The position numbers were made by a program, and so were the translations under genes. The notes beneath the pieces were generated by a model, which saw only the letters and a list, made by a program, of their open reading frames with translations, was not told the origin of the DNA and ran no database searches. From contig NC_043004.1 of NCBI RefSeq assembly GCF_006345805.1, positions 16,182,001 through 16,246,000 of the forward strand: a stretch of DNA of 64,000 nucleotides, given 5' to 3'. This DNA comes from Octopus sinensis (lineage: Eukaryota). How positions within the stretch are numbered: the stretch's first letter is position 1; each line of letters starts with the position of its first letter. This document shows positions 25,998 to 38,700 of the stretch, in pieces.

Positions 25998-26671
25998 TAT
26001 TATTATTTATTATTATTATTATTATTATTTTTATTTTTATTGGTTTGTCCGGAAAGTTCGTGCCGATTTTTAAAGGAAAGAAAAAGGTCAATAAATACTT
26101 GCCATTACATTTTTAATCAACCAAAATGCGAACCATTTTGCTGCACAATGCGTCTCCGTCTTTCCTTTAGCTTGAAAATATCCTCTTCCCAGAATTGAGG
26201 TGGTTTCATGGCAAAGAATTCATCAAGGTATCTTTTTACGTCATCCAAGGAATTGAAATTTTCACCATTAAGACTATTCTGCAGACACCTGAATAAGTGG
26301 AAATCCGAAGGAGCAATATCTGGTGAATATGGAGGGTGAGGTAATACATCCCAGCCGAGCTGCAGCAATTTTTGTCTGGTTCCCAAAGCATCAAGTTCCG
26401 AAAATGAACTTTCTTATCTTCCAATTTAAAGGGTTACAGAATTAACACAGGTTATATGAACATAAACCTTCTTCCACGAAAAGATCGATTAAACTGTGCT
26501 CTAAAGGGTAGTCAAATCCTATTTTACGGACACAACCATGTTTTAAAATAAGTCGAAAGGTAAGCTACTATAAATCGGCATGAACTTTCCGGGCAACCCA
26601 ACATTATTATTATTATTATTATTATTTATTATTATTATTATTATATTATTATTATTATTATTATTATTATT
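25966..26671. repeat. (ATT)n tract split by a mariner insertion
   Basis: ATT runs at 25966-26039 and 26602-26671. Confidence 0.9.
26040..26601 (-). mobile_element. Internally deleted mariner (D34D C-terminus retained)
   Basis: TIRs TTGGTTTGTCCGGAAAGTTCGTGCCGATTT / AAATCGGCATGAACTTTCCGGGCAACCCAA; ORF 26117-26386 with HPPYSPDIAPSDFHLF. Confidence 0.92.
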
Positions 26672-27694
26672 TTGCACAAAGCGTAGATACTGTGTTTTTA
26701 GTCTGTAAGAACATTTATCGTAAATTAGTGAAGTTTTAGTGGTCGTATTAAGTAATATTTTGGAAAACCAGTTTTGAATTACAAATAGCATTGCAACAGG
26801 ATATTAGTTGAATCTCTACTCTGTTAAACAATTATAGTTTTACTTTCTAATACGTAACGACGTATTGTTTGTTCTACATTTTACAAAGGTAATCGTTAAA
26901 GCTCTTCTTCAACTCAGATCAACTCTAATCCAATAGACCCACGATCAAAGATATGCTTGATCATTCCCTCCACTTTTTGTAGACATTGTGTATTTGTAAC
27001 TATATTATGTATGTTCTTCTGTGAGTGATTTCAGAGTAATTTTATAAGCTAATATTTCTGTCAGGATGAACGGTAGCATACAGGCTTTCCACGTTCATCT
27101 GTCAATGCAGTTTCCGATAATGTTCAAAGTAAATCTCAAATTACATATTTTAGTAATTTGAAGACGATTGCTATTGAGTTTATTGTTAATTTAACGTCAT
27201 ATTTTCAACTTCTCCGAGATGATAAGTTTGGGGAATGCGGAGAATGCAGTTTAACTTACTTACATCGCTACAAATTGGTATTTTCATTGCACGAAATTAA
27301 AACCATTCCGTTTCCTACAACTGTCTTTTAAAATAATGCTTAAATTACCTTATGTCATATTCACAGTAGTTAATTATGCTTTATGTAAATGTGTAATCGC
27401 GTAAAGATACGCTGTTGTGTTCACATATGTAGTCAACTGTCTTTTGAACGTAGGCATCAACAGAGCCACAAAGCAGACATTCTTAACAAAGTAGGCATTG
27501 TAGCAAACATTAATGAAGCCATGCCGTACTTTACTGGAACAACATCACCTGGAATAATTGCACATACCAAAATACAGGATAATCCAATTTGAAATGCCTT
27601 TCCCACAAGACCTACTCCGTCTGTCTCTGCTGAACTGTGACAAAATAGCAAGCACATCTTCCGTTTTAGTACTGGCAGACTATATCTGCAGTCT

Positions 27695-27975
27695 AGAAGA
27701 AATATGTTTGTCCCTTCTCAAGCCATGCCTGGCTCATGAGGGCCGGTTTCCCGGTTTCCTTGGCGTATAAGTTCCCCGCCTGGACGGGACGCCAGTCCGT
27801 CGCATGTGAGCTGCAAGATGCAGGAGGAAAGTGTGAGAGAAAGTTGTGTCGAAAGAGTCAGCAGAAGTTCGCCATTAATTTCTGTCGGAGCTGCGTGGAG
27901 CTTAGGATTTTCGCTCATAAACACACACATTACCCGGTTTGAGATTCGAACCCGCGATTCCTCGACTGCTCTACA
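27695..27975 (-). mobile_element. tRNA-derived SINE (separate family)
   Basis: B-box GGGTTCGAATC on minus strand near 27945; GC-rich body with CCTGGACGGGACGCCAGTCCGTCGC. Confidence 0.6.
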
Positions 27976-29647
27976 TATTATGTTGCTTTCGAAATACGAT
28001 GTGTACGAGAATGCAACATATTGCGTGATTATTGTTTAATTCATCCTTTTTATAAGACTCGGTTCAACTCGAACCTCACTGATTCTGTATGACTTTGTTC
28101 GTTGCTAAGCATATATTGTTAATCATATATAGCTTTTGTCGGCCTGTGTATTTCGTTAAATGTTACCATGTGGAATTCTACGATCTCTATCATTTTGAAT
28201 TTCAGTTTTTATTTTGTTTGCTGTTGTTTTAATTTCTTTTTTCTTTTAACTCTTTATTTTTTCTTGACTAGATAATTTTGACCGCCCATTTTGTGTGTGT
28301 GTGTGTGTGGTAGGGTGGGGTTCTTTATGACCAAGTAGTTGTTTTTGTTTGTAATTAACCATAGCAGAAGCACGGTTTCTAAACAGAGTGTAATTCACTT
28401 TCCATCGACTTCGCATTAAAACCTAGCCACAGAATTCAGCATCCTTATACACTTACTTTTTTAGCGGCTTCTTTACATATAGCTATGTTTTCTTGAACTT
28501 AAGACTCATGAACCCTATGTAACACTTTTGGTAATTTATCTATACCATCTTCTATTGCTTTGCTTTCCGCATAAATTTCTCAGTTCTACCTTTATTGACC
28601 AATAATTAAACATTCTGCATATTTACGGTTTTACAAAACAAATGTACTTCTGATGTTATGTTGACGTTCATTGACGTCTGTATGCATTATTGATGAAAAT
28701 ATTATTATAAATATGTTATACGCTGTAGGTAAATGAGTTTTGGGAGGTGTAATTTATAGGTACTGACGTTTACCATTCTTAGTTATAAAAATAGAGTTCC
28801 ATGTGAATCAGTGATCTTATTTTCCTCCAAGATTGTTGAATATTTCAGCAAATGTATTGTGAATTCCTGTTAAGTAATTTAGCTAGAAGTTCTTAACTAT
28901 TATTTAGTACGTATCTCTTCCTTTCTACATTCGCCCCTCATTGGTTCTTGTTATTTTGACATTCTTACAAGTTAAAACCATATATGTCAATTAGTCTCCT
29001 AAAATCATAATTTTATTCTCTTTCTTTTGCTTTTGATTTTCCTGTTTTGATTTTCGTTTTTGATGTGGCCTTTTGGGACTGGCTTGGAAACTCATTTCTA
29101 TTCAAAAGAGTTCTAACTCTATACAAAACGACGTATTCTTTGTGAGTTAACTATAATTTGTTGTATTATTTCTTAATTTGTTATCTTTTATTCCAGTTGT
29201 GCTTTGCCGTCTTATTGTTTCCATTGATGTCGCTCCGTTTGTGATTTAAGCATTAAATGATCTTTTTACTTTCTTTTCCGCCGTTCGCTGTGTATTTATT
29301 TTCCATTGTTTACTGAGTTATCCCTTTATGATATGTTTTGATATTGTATAGACTTCCTTTTGTGAACTATTGCAGATACTACATAGATTAAATGATATAT
29401 TTTGAATATATTGATGCTCACTTCTTTCAACACCTTTAGAATAACATTCTATTCAAAATGCCCTTCACTAGAAATTCGTAGTCTTTGATTGTTCTCATGT
29501 TCTCATATTCAGTTTTTGCCGGTATAAATAGTGTTCGGCTTTTGTTGATCAATATTCTTTATCTCTGATCATATTTCTTTTTGTAGCTCTTTGTTATGTC
29601 GATTGTTTCTTTCGCTTCCTGTAGGTCACTGTCATTCTCTCTCTCCT

Positions 29648-29679
<32 letters not shown>

Positions 29680-29752
29680 ATATACAAACACATGTATGTA
29701 TGCATAAGAATATATGTATAATTTTCGGAACGCTAATTGACGCCTGTAATAG

Positions 29753-29807
<55 letters not shown>

Positions 29808-32800
29808 TATATATGCAAACAATTAGCAACGTCGTTCGAGCCTCGGATATATCGCTTCAAGAACATTTTGCCGTCAGTTCACATTCCACCGTGTTGATAA
29901 TTTATTCTCTGTTTTATCAGGAATTGATCTATTTCTGTCCCTTTCTATCTGTCTGTCTCTGTCTTTCTGTCTCTCTCTCTCCCCCTCTCTCTCTCTCTTT
30001 CAGTTTCTCATTCTTTGTTTGTTACCCTTTTTTCGCTACAAAACCACCTATGTCTTTGTAAAAGGATATGTTTGACGATTTGTATCTCAGCATTGGTTCG
30101 AAAATTATAAGTTGCAAGTGCTTTTTACAAAGTTCCAAAGCCCCCAATGGTTGAAATTTTATAGATACCATCTGTGACGTAATGCATCAAGAGGTAGAAC
30201 TGGTACAGAGCAGATGCATGTAGGTAACTTAGAAGACAATATTCTATTGTAGTGTTTTGTAGAAAAAGAGCCGACTAGTAGAAAAATATATATGAGTCAA
30301 TGAGGGATCGGGAGGAGGACACCAATGCTTGTTTCAATCAGACCAAGTCAAGCGTCATGAAATTTTAGTGACTAGAATATTAAGAATTCCTAAAAAAGAA
30401 TTGTAATCTGCGTAATGCGTTGTTGGTGATGCTTTATTCATATACGGAAGCACTGAAAATCCGCAAATATTTTAGGATTTTTTTTTAGCGTTCTTCAAGT
30501 TTTTGTGTATTGTGGAATGATGTAAAGGTAAATTTTTTTACTATACCTTATTATTTTTTTCCTCATTAATCGAAAATGTTGATGTTTGAAGGGCCCTGTA
30601 CAAGTATTGAGTATTCAATAGGTCGCAGCCTATAGACGTGATTCATCTCCAAAGGATTTTGTTGAATCAGTGTGCAGAATGGTAAAGAGGACAGTAAGGT
30701 TATTTTACTTATATAACATATTGTACATTTCTGAAGAAAAGCTTCGGCATGATTTAAGAAACTTCGGGGTGCACTTGTGTTGGTGGTGGACCAATCGCGG
30801 AGTGTCGATTGGCAAACGTTGAAACGGTATAGTTGTGACGGAATTGTCAATAGTAAATAATGTGAGACTGTTGTAGACTAGGCGAGCATTTTAGCTATTA
30901 AGTATCGTTAAATGCTTTGTTGATGTCATTTCCAGCATTATAGATTTCATCAGATTTCCCAGAAGAGAAAATCAGTAGTAAATGTCATTCTTGAGTAAGT
31001 CTGATGTAGAACTGGCTTAATAGGTGATATACAAGTCGTCATTAAGGAAAGAGAGAGAGTGAGAGAGAGCAAAGGCGTTGATTAATTATATACAATAGCC
31101 TTCTCATTCTTTGAGATGTTGAAAGTTAGAACAATAGACCGATAGATGACACGGAACTGCCTTTTGGGGGAAGCAGAGCTCTGTAGCGTATTCGGAAAAT
31201 GGAAATAGACATAGATATAATGAAAAGTTATGAAAAGAAGATAATTCAAAGAATGTAAAATGATTTGAGACAAAGCTACAAGGGAATGGGGAAAGAATTA
31301 TTGACAGTGATATGTTGATTGGAACGTGGTTGGTAGGAAGGGTTGAAAAGTTAGTGAAATGTCCCTCAAAACAGAATCGGAAACATCTAGCAAATTTCTA
31401 GAGAATATTAATGCAGGCAGCTTTGGTGTTATGTATCCATGGAGCATCCATGACATTGCTATTCATTTATGTAATTCTCTGCAGCTTTTGTTTCACGATT
31501 TCCTTTTTATATTCAAGTACTATTCAATATTCCTACTGTAGAGTGATCTCACCATTTCTATATAATTCCTCTTCAAAGCTGAAATGCATCTGATGCCTCT
31601 GTTTTGAGAAACAATATTATCACAAACAAAGAATTCTGGGAAGCTGATATCATTTCAAGCATTTCATTGTATGTCACGTGCATTACATATATGCCTCCTT
31701 TCCAAATATAAAATTTAGCTGATACCTCTATGTTAAGGAGTAATATCATTCTTGAACAATGCATCCTAAGCAGTTGTCCTCTCAAGCATTCCTGACATGA
31801 TGAGTATATTAAATATATACATATGAACATATGAGTGATAAATATAGGCATATGTAGATATTAAATGTTTTTGGCACCATTTAGCGATCAAGTATTCAAT
31901 ATGGGAAGGACGTTCTTATACTGGAATTATTCAGCAACCTTTAATCTCGCTACATATTTTCTCAAACATTTCCATTTTCTCCTGATATTTCCTTACAGGT
32001 TTCTGTTGCCTCTTTTTAACTCACATGTTTTAAGATTCGATTAGTTCTACCCTGTTTTCTCGAAATAAATGTATGTTTTATACTTGGGATATTTCATTGG
32101 AATAACTTTAACATCTTTTCTCATAATTAAATTCGCTGATAAGTATATTGAAGCTGTTTTAGACTAAAAACTACTCCTTCCATTTCTAAACTATTCTTCT
32201 TCAATCTTGAAGTACACTCATTTTTCATTATTGCAATTTCAAACCAACTAGAGAAACTTTACTCAGTCGTACAATCTGTAAGAAATAACAGATAAATCTT
32301 CCTGAACCCATGCATAAATGCCTTTAAATAAGAACGACACATTGGAGAATGTAGAGCATGATTTATTATACCTGAAAAGTGTGATGACTACGGTTGGAAT
32401 ATTTTTTGACATGGGACCTATCGATCAAATCTTCTAGGGCAAAAATAATATCAACACAAATTTCCTGCTCAGAATCTTCTCTCGATTGATCTACCGTCTA
32501 GTTGTTGCTTCTGTAGATTATATCATCAATGATGGGTTAAACCAGCCTGAGATTCATAACAATGATACATATTAAGGAAGTTTAAGAATAAGCTTAGATA
32601 GAAAACATTGCAAGAATAACATCAATTCCCTTTTAAATTAATGACTTAAACGATTTACTCTACGCTTGCTTACTCAAGACTATCGAACATACCATTTTAT
32701 ACCAATACAGAATAAACAGATGTGGAGTTAAATGAAATCATGAAATAAACAGTTCATGGATGTGAATCAGAGATCTTTAACGCATGCGACTGAATATTCT

Positions 32801-32877
32801 AGACAAATTAAAAAAACAAAATAAACTTGTTTACTACAGGTTAATGTGTTTGTATATAAAGGTACTGAAATGGTAGT

Positions 32878-32995
32878 ATCGTTAGCAAACTGGGCAAAAT
32901 GCTTATCGGGACTTTATCCGTCTTTACTTTCTGAGTTGAAATTTGGCTTTCATCTATTTAGGGTTGATAACATAAGTACCAGTCGAGCAATAGGT
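32878..32995 (+). mobile_element. Degenerate SINE fragment
   Basis: Similar to the 37935 family head (GTTAGCA...GGGCAAAATGCTTA...GAGTTGAAAT). Confidence 0.55.
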
Positions 32996-35149
32996 TTGAT
33001 TTACCCCTCCCCCTAAATTGCTGGCTAAAATTTAAAACCAATATTTGTATCGGTATTCTGTAAAATGGACCTATTGTTTTTGATGCAAAACGTGCAATTC
33101 CGAATGATTTTTGTATGATTCTAAGTATGAGAATTGCAATCATAATATATTTTGGTAATACATGTTGGTTGTTCTGTGTATACATTCATCTTAATTTACA
33201 TGACATTACTATTTTCTGGTTATGAAGTGTTGCGTTTGGACTTCTTGATCTTATTGTAATTTATCACCGTGTCTACAACTGTTGCACTCTAGTTTTGGCT
33301 GCCGTTCCCGATGTAAGTGAATTTCCATATTATTGAATTATCATGTAAATTTATTTAAACTTCAAATTTACATTTAAATGTTATTATTGTAACGGAGGTA
33401 CACTATCATCCTAAAAATAGCCTATTGCTTTTGATTCTAAGTTTTACACGCTTGAAATTAACACTTTTCTTCTTTCATACTTGAAACATGTGACTTCGTC
33501 AGCAAATCCGGAGATTGAATATAGCTTCATCTTTCAGTATTATAACGTTTCACCTTGGGTATGTTCGTTTTCCGCTCTATCAGAATATTTCAATAAGTAA
33601 CAGAATATACTCCGTCAATTTTATTACTATTTGATGGATATTTTAGCCAGAAATCTGGAATGTTAATAAACTCAGGACCAGTTAATGGTATTTTGAAGTA
33701 GCTAGTTTACTTTATGGATTTTATGCTTTCTTGATATATTCTGCCATTTAACATTCACTTCTATATTTTATTGTTTGCATTGAATTTCATTGTTTATATA
33801 TCTAACTATGAAATATATTTGCTAACTTCAATTTTTCTTTTATCTACCTGAATAAAATTGTTTGCTATTAGCTTTGTACTGTTTATTTTGTTCATAAAAG
33901 CTTTCACATGTTTTATATTACACAATCCATTGGAATATTGCTACAACAACACTCTTCAACATTCTAAAGTTGAGTGTATTTATTATATATTATTTTCAAT
34001 GCAAGTGAATATATATTTTCTCTTTGGTTATTTTAAGTTTTAATTTTACTAACTGCTAAATCAATAATATTATTTTCTATTTTGCTGAAAAATATCTTTA
34101 TACATTATGCGTTCGATTTCTTTCCTTATTTTATCATTATAGCTATTCGTAGGTCTACTCAATCATTATTAATTTTTGCATTTTATCTTTTTATGTTATA
34201 GCTCTCACCAAAATATCTGTTTTTCCCCAGTATATTTTCTGTAATGTAACTTTTTTCCTTGTATTTCATCGTATGAACCTTAATTGTTTCCAGTAAATAT
34301 TCTGTTTTTACAAATAAAGATATGATATTTATACCTTCGTTCGTAGAAGACGTCATTTGTGTTTCATCTTCTTTATTCCTATATCATTTTAAGTCTTTGG
34401 TCAGAACGTTTAAAATCTTTTTATTTTGTTTTATTTTTCGTTTAAAGTTTACATATAAGATATGATCGTTAAGCGTCTATACATTTCTGGTCTTTTTACC
34501 CTCTTTTTTATCGTTAATACTAATACTAATGGTTATTTGATAGAAACTTTCAATAATATATGTATATTAAATAGATAAGTAATCTCTTCGTTGCATTTCT
34601 CATTTTCTGTTCTATTGTCATACATTTTTACAAAGGCTGGGTTATATGATAAGTATAATAATTCTACACTCTAATTCTAACTGACCATAGAAAGTTTGAA
34701 ATGCTTTGCAATTTGAATGATATACACAACAAATACAACATATACGTACCTTAGCATTTTAGCCGACTAGAATAAATTAAACACCATTGGTTTTCTCGGA
34801 AACTTGTTCTTCAAATATATCTGAATTCCACTACTGAAGCAAATCCAATATTAAACAGTTTTCTTTTCAACGTCAGCTGACTTTGATGAGTTACTTTAAT
34901 CTGGGGTTGGGTATGAGGTACGGCAAATTACTTAATACGATTACACCATTTTAGTGATATTCATTTATTATTTTCTTATTTATATTGTGATTTACAATTT
35001 TGTTACAAATTTATGAATGGGATTTAATGTAAATGCAGATCTCTACGTTTTTTAAGTGTCGAATGCAATTCTCTGCGTATTCCTTAGATTGTTTTTAAAT
35101 TAATTTTCGCCTAGTTTATCAGTTACCTTTTATTATTTCCTGTCGTTGG

Positions 35150-35745
35150 GTTGTGCCCATGGTGGTATACCACCTTGATAGATTTAGTTGAAGAATCTAC
35201 CCCCTTTACTTATGTTTAAACCAGGTAAGTCCTGTATACCACTTCAATTCTGGTGGTTTTGTAAGAAACTACATATTGGATCAAGCCTCGACCTCCTTGA
35301 GTTCTGGGAAGTTAAAGATGTTTTACCTCTGCCTTTGGGTGGTGCATCTTATTGCAAATCAGCAACTTACAGATTTTGCTGTCAATTTTCTTTATTTCGC
35401 TCATATTCCAGTTGAACGCATTGCAACTGTAACTAACAACTAGAACTGCTAAGGAATTTGTCGCTAACACTTTGTTACGTGCATTTAACACGAACATTAG
35501 CACTGCTCGAACTCTCCTGTAACTTTCTTCCTGATCTCTTTCATGCTTGCATGCTGAATGCCAGAACCTTCATTTATTCCGAGGTATTTGTAAGTTTGTT
35601 CCTGCTCAAGTTCTTTTAAAATTGTGTCAACATCTAACACCACAGAATGTGAGGTCTTCTGCCCCACTTTATTATTTAAGACGTCGCACACTATCAAATA
35701 TCGTGATGTTGTTGGTAGAAGATATTTTGCCTACTGGGGATTTGC
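35150..35745 (-). mobile_element. R4/Dong-like LINE fragment (post-RT region)
   Basis: QTYKYLGINE, LNARNKVLATNSLAV, MHHPKAEV..L.LPRTQGGRGL. Confidence 0.75.
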
Positions 35746-35771
35746 ACTGTCTGTCAAGTCACAACAAGGAC

Positions 35772-35912
35772 TTATTATTATTACTACTACTACTACTACT
35801 ACTAATACTACTACTACCATTAATATTAGTTTCTGTTGTTATTAGTATCATTGTGATTGTTGTTGTTGTTGTTGTTGTTGCTTCTGCTGCTGCTGTTGTT
35901 GTTGTTAACAAT
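35772..35912. repeat. (ATT)/(ACT)/(GTT)/(GCT) trinucleotide mosaic
   Basis: Direct inspection. Confidence 0.85.
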
Positions 35913-37934
35913 TATTACCAATGCTCTAGTTTCCGTTCCTGCTGTTGTTCGAGTCCTGTGAACAATTTAGCAAATTATAATAAAAGTTGTTTCCGAATGA
36001 TACTACATACGGCTAACTTAATAGCTTTTTAGTTATATAATTAGTGGCATACTAATATCGTCTTCAGTGTATTTAGATAGAAACACATTACCATTAAAAT
36101 AATTATTAGACTCATTATAATCGCCATTAGCCTTTACCCCGGCTCTCCTTATCTTAAGTGGCTATTACGTATTAAAGCAATAAGCAGTAAATTATTCCCT
36201 GCCAATACACAAACATGTCTTCAGATTATATACGAGGCTTGGTAATGCATGTGTATACACAGATGATAAATCAGGCCATTAGTTTATCTATATAATTTAT
36301 TTACTGGCAAACAGTGAAATCTGTCTGTGCCACTGCGAATATGTTAATTAAGATTTTATCAAAATCGAATGATACATTGTACTTGTAGAAGATTATTTAT
36401 ATTTTCGGTTATAGAACTAGCAACAACAATGTGTTCGTTGATTAGCAGGTCGATAAATGAAGAGCCAGTACAAAGACATGTTACAAAATGTGCTGGGGAA
36501 TAACAAAGAAAATGGTTAAATGATAACAACTAATTCCTGGCCAACTGCATCACAATACCTGCCAATACTATCTGAATCGCAGGTTTTTTGCACCACTTTG
36601 TATCGACTAGCGAGAACTGCAGCAGATGTAGATGTTAATTTTCAACACCGTCTCCTGCACGCTGCTGAGTTAGTACAATAGCGCATCTCACTGTCGAAAA
36701 CCTGCTCTCATCTCACCGGAATTGAATAAATTAACTATCACCATTCCCGAACGACTGATTTGTCTCTTTGTTGTTCCATTGCATTTCTGCTACCAGAGCC
36801 AATCACATGCCTTTCAATTCTTTGTGACTTAGTATGTGTACCTTATCTTCATATCGTCAAAAGAGCAAATTATGTTTCTCATTGATAAAATGGCCATACC
36901 GGTTGCATATTAGTTCCCAATAGCAAATTTAAATATTCTAGTCAACACCAATATCAATATACCGTTTGTACGCGCCAATCTATAACGTCATCTGCTAGTT
37001 CCGTTTTACAGATTACGTATCCTTGAGGTGGCTAGAATTGCTGTACGTGATGGAACTGAATGTTTTACACTATACCACTCATCTGACAGATTTTGCTTAC
37101 CAAGAACAGTTCCGGATTAATACATTTATTTTAGTGGTAACAGGAGTTGCATACCCACATTGTCATCCCTCCACCACGTTTAATTTGTGATCAAATTCTA
37201 AACTAGATGCTACGCGACAAAAGTTTCGTGAAAGCAAATATATCCCAGTAGGATAGTAACTTCCGTTACCCAAAACTGCGACCTTTGTTTCGCTAAATTT
37301 CCGCAAGATACTATGTAACAAAGTGCGGCGCACAAAGTTGCCGATACACAATATTCTGACACCCTATTCTCAGGCCTTCATTTCTGACTTGCTTTCTTCT
37401 ATGCTGAAGACATTCCTATTGCCACTATCGTTAGGAAAACATTATTAACACCAGTTAAAATGTTTCCATTTAGCAAACTCTGTATGTGTGGATATGCTTC
37501 CTGTTTTTCTTGGCGCTGTCATACCTGTCACTGGCATTTTTTAAGCAAGTGACATTGTCTCTTAAAATGTCAAAGCAGTTTTCGTTCGAAATGTTTTATC
37601 CTATTGTAGAATCTTCTTTGCTTTGGTTTTTGTGTAGTTTTGTTCATTTAAATTTTTTTTTACTATCAAAGTTTGTTCTCTTTATATCTCGTAATCGTTT
37701 TGAGCAAATATAAATGTATTATTTTTCTGAAGAAAACTAAGCAGTAAATTGAAATCTGTCATCATTTTAAGTAGATAGTGTAAGATATAGAAATAAACAT
37801 GCATTTTTTATAACATGAAAATGAAAATATTTTGCAAAGATAGGAGACTCAAGAAAAGAACAGTTGATAAGGTAAGTCACAAGATAAAGAAAATGTGGCA
37901 GACAGCAATAATATGAAATAACAAAAATAACACC

Positions 37935-38130
37935 GGGCAGAATCGTTAGCGCGCTGGGCGAAACGCTTAGACGTATCTCGTCTACCGCTACGGTCTGAGG
38001 TCAAATTCTACCGAGGTCGACTTTGCCCTTCAACATTTCGGGATCGATACATTAAGTACCAGTTAAGTACTGTTGTCTATATGATCGATTGTCCCCCTCC
38101 TGAGACAAAGCCAGGCCTTGCACCTTTGGT
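37935..38130 (+). mobile_element. tRNA-derived SINE
   Basis: GGCAGAATCGTTAGC head, GAGGTCAAATTC B-box-like, GAGGTCGACTTTGCC body. Confidence 0.75.
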
Positions 38131-38196
38131 AGAAAGGATGGTTATTATTATTGAGTAAGAGAGCAGTGCATGCCATCAAAGTGACACTGGGATAAA

Positions 38197-38197
38197 A

Positions 38198-38263
<66 letters not shown>

Positions 38264-38276
38264 CATTATTATTTAT
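38197..38276. repeat. (ATT)n tract at the 3' end of a Dong-like LINE
   Basis: Near-perfect ATT run. Confidence 0.95.
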
Positions 38277-38700
38277 TGTCTTTGCACAGCTTCTAACGCT
38301 GGAGATGTACTATGGTGTTAGCTGTTCACTAACCAGTGAACTAAGGTAACACCCCTTATTTTTTGAGTACCGTCCGGAATATTCGAGCGGCTCTAAGCAA
38401 TGATGTTTTCTGCAAGTGTGCCACCCTTATAGCCCCTATTTGTTCCATGTACATCTCAAGAATTTTTGCTCACTGTTCTCAGGGCTCTGACAATTATTGG
38501 TACTACTACCACTTTTTTCAGCATCCACAACTGCTTAACCTCCCAGTCTAACCTGTCATGTCTCTCGACTTTTCTTTCTTACTTCTCGCATACCTTGTTG
38601 TCATTTAGGCCTGCTATATCTATGATCTAGCACCGTCTGCATTTTTTCTCAATCAACACTATGCCTGGTTTCCCATTCTCTATCTCACGGTCACACTGTG
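38277..38700 (-). mobile_element. R4/Dong-like LINE 3' end with restriction-like endonuclease remnant
   Basis: Minus strand reads CDREIENGKPGIVLIEKK..IIDIA..D..V.EK, VVPIIVRALRTV, LQKTSLLRAARIFRTVL; followed by (TAA)n. Confidence 0.8.

Noticed and set aside
30560-30900. Possible Tx1/L1 RT remnant (GALVLVVDQSRSVDW)
   Set aside because: One weak motif amid stops
36500-37440. Unique sequence with short open frames and a good acceptor near 37010
   Set aside because: Unrecognised peptides; other acceptor-like sites (32520, 40850, 56713, 59430) are equally unsupported
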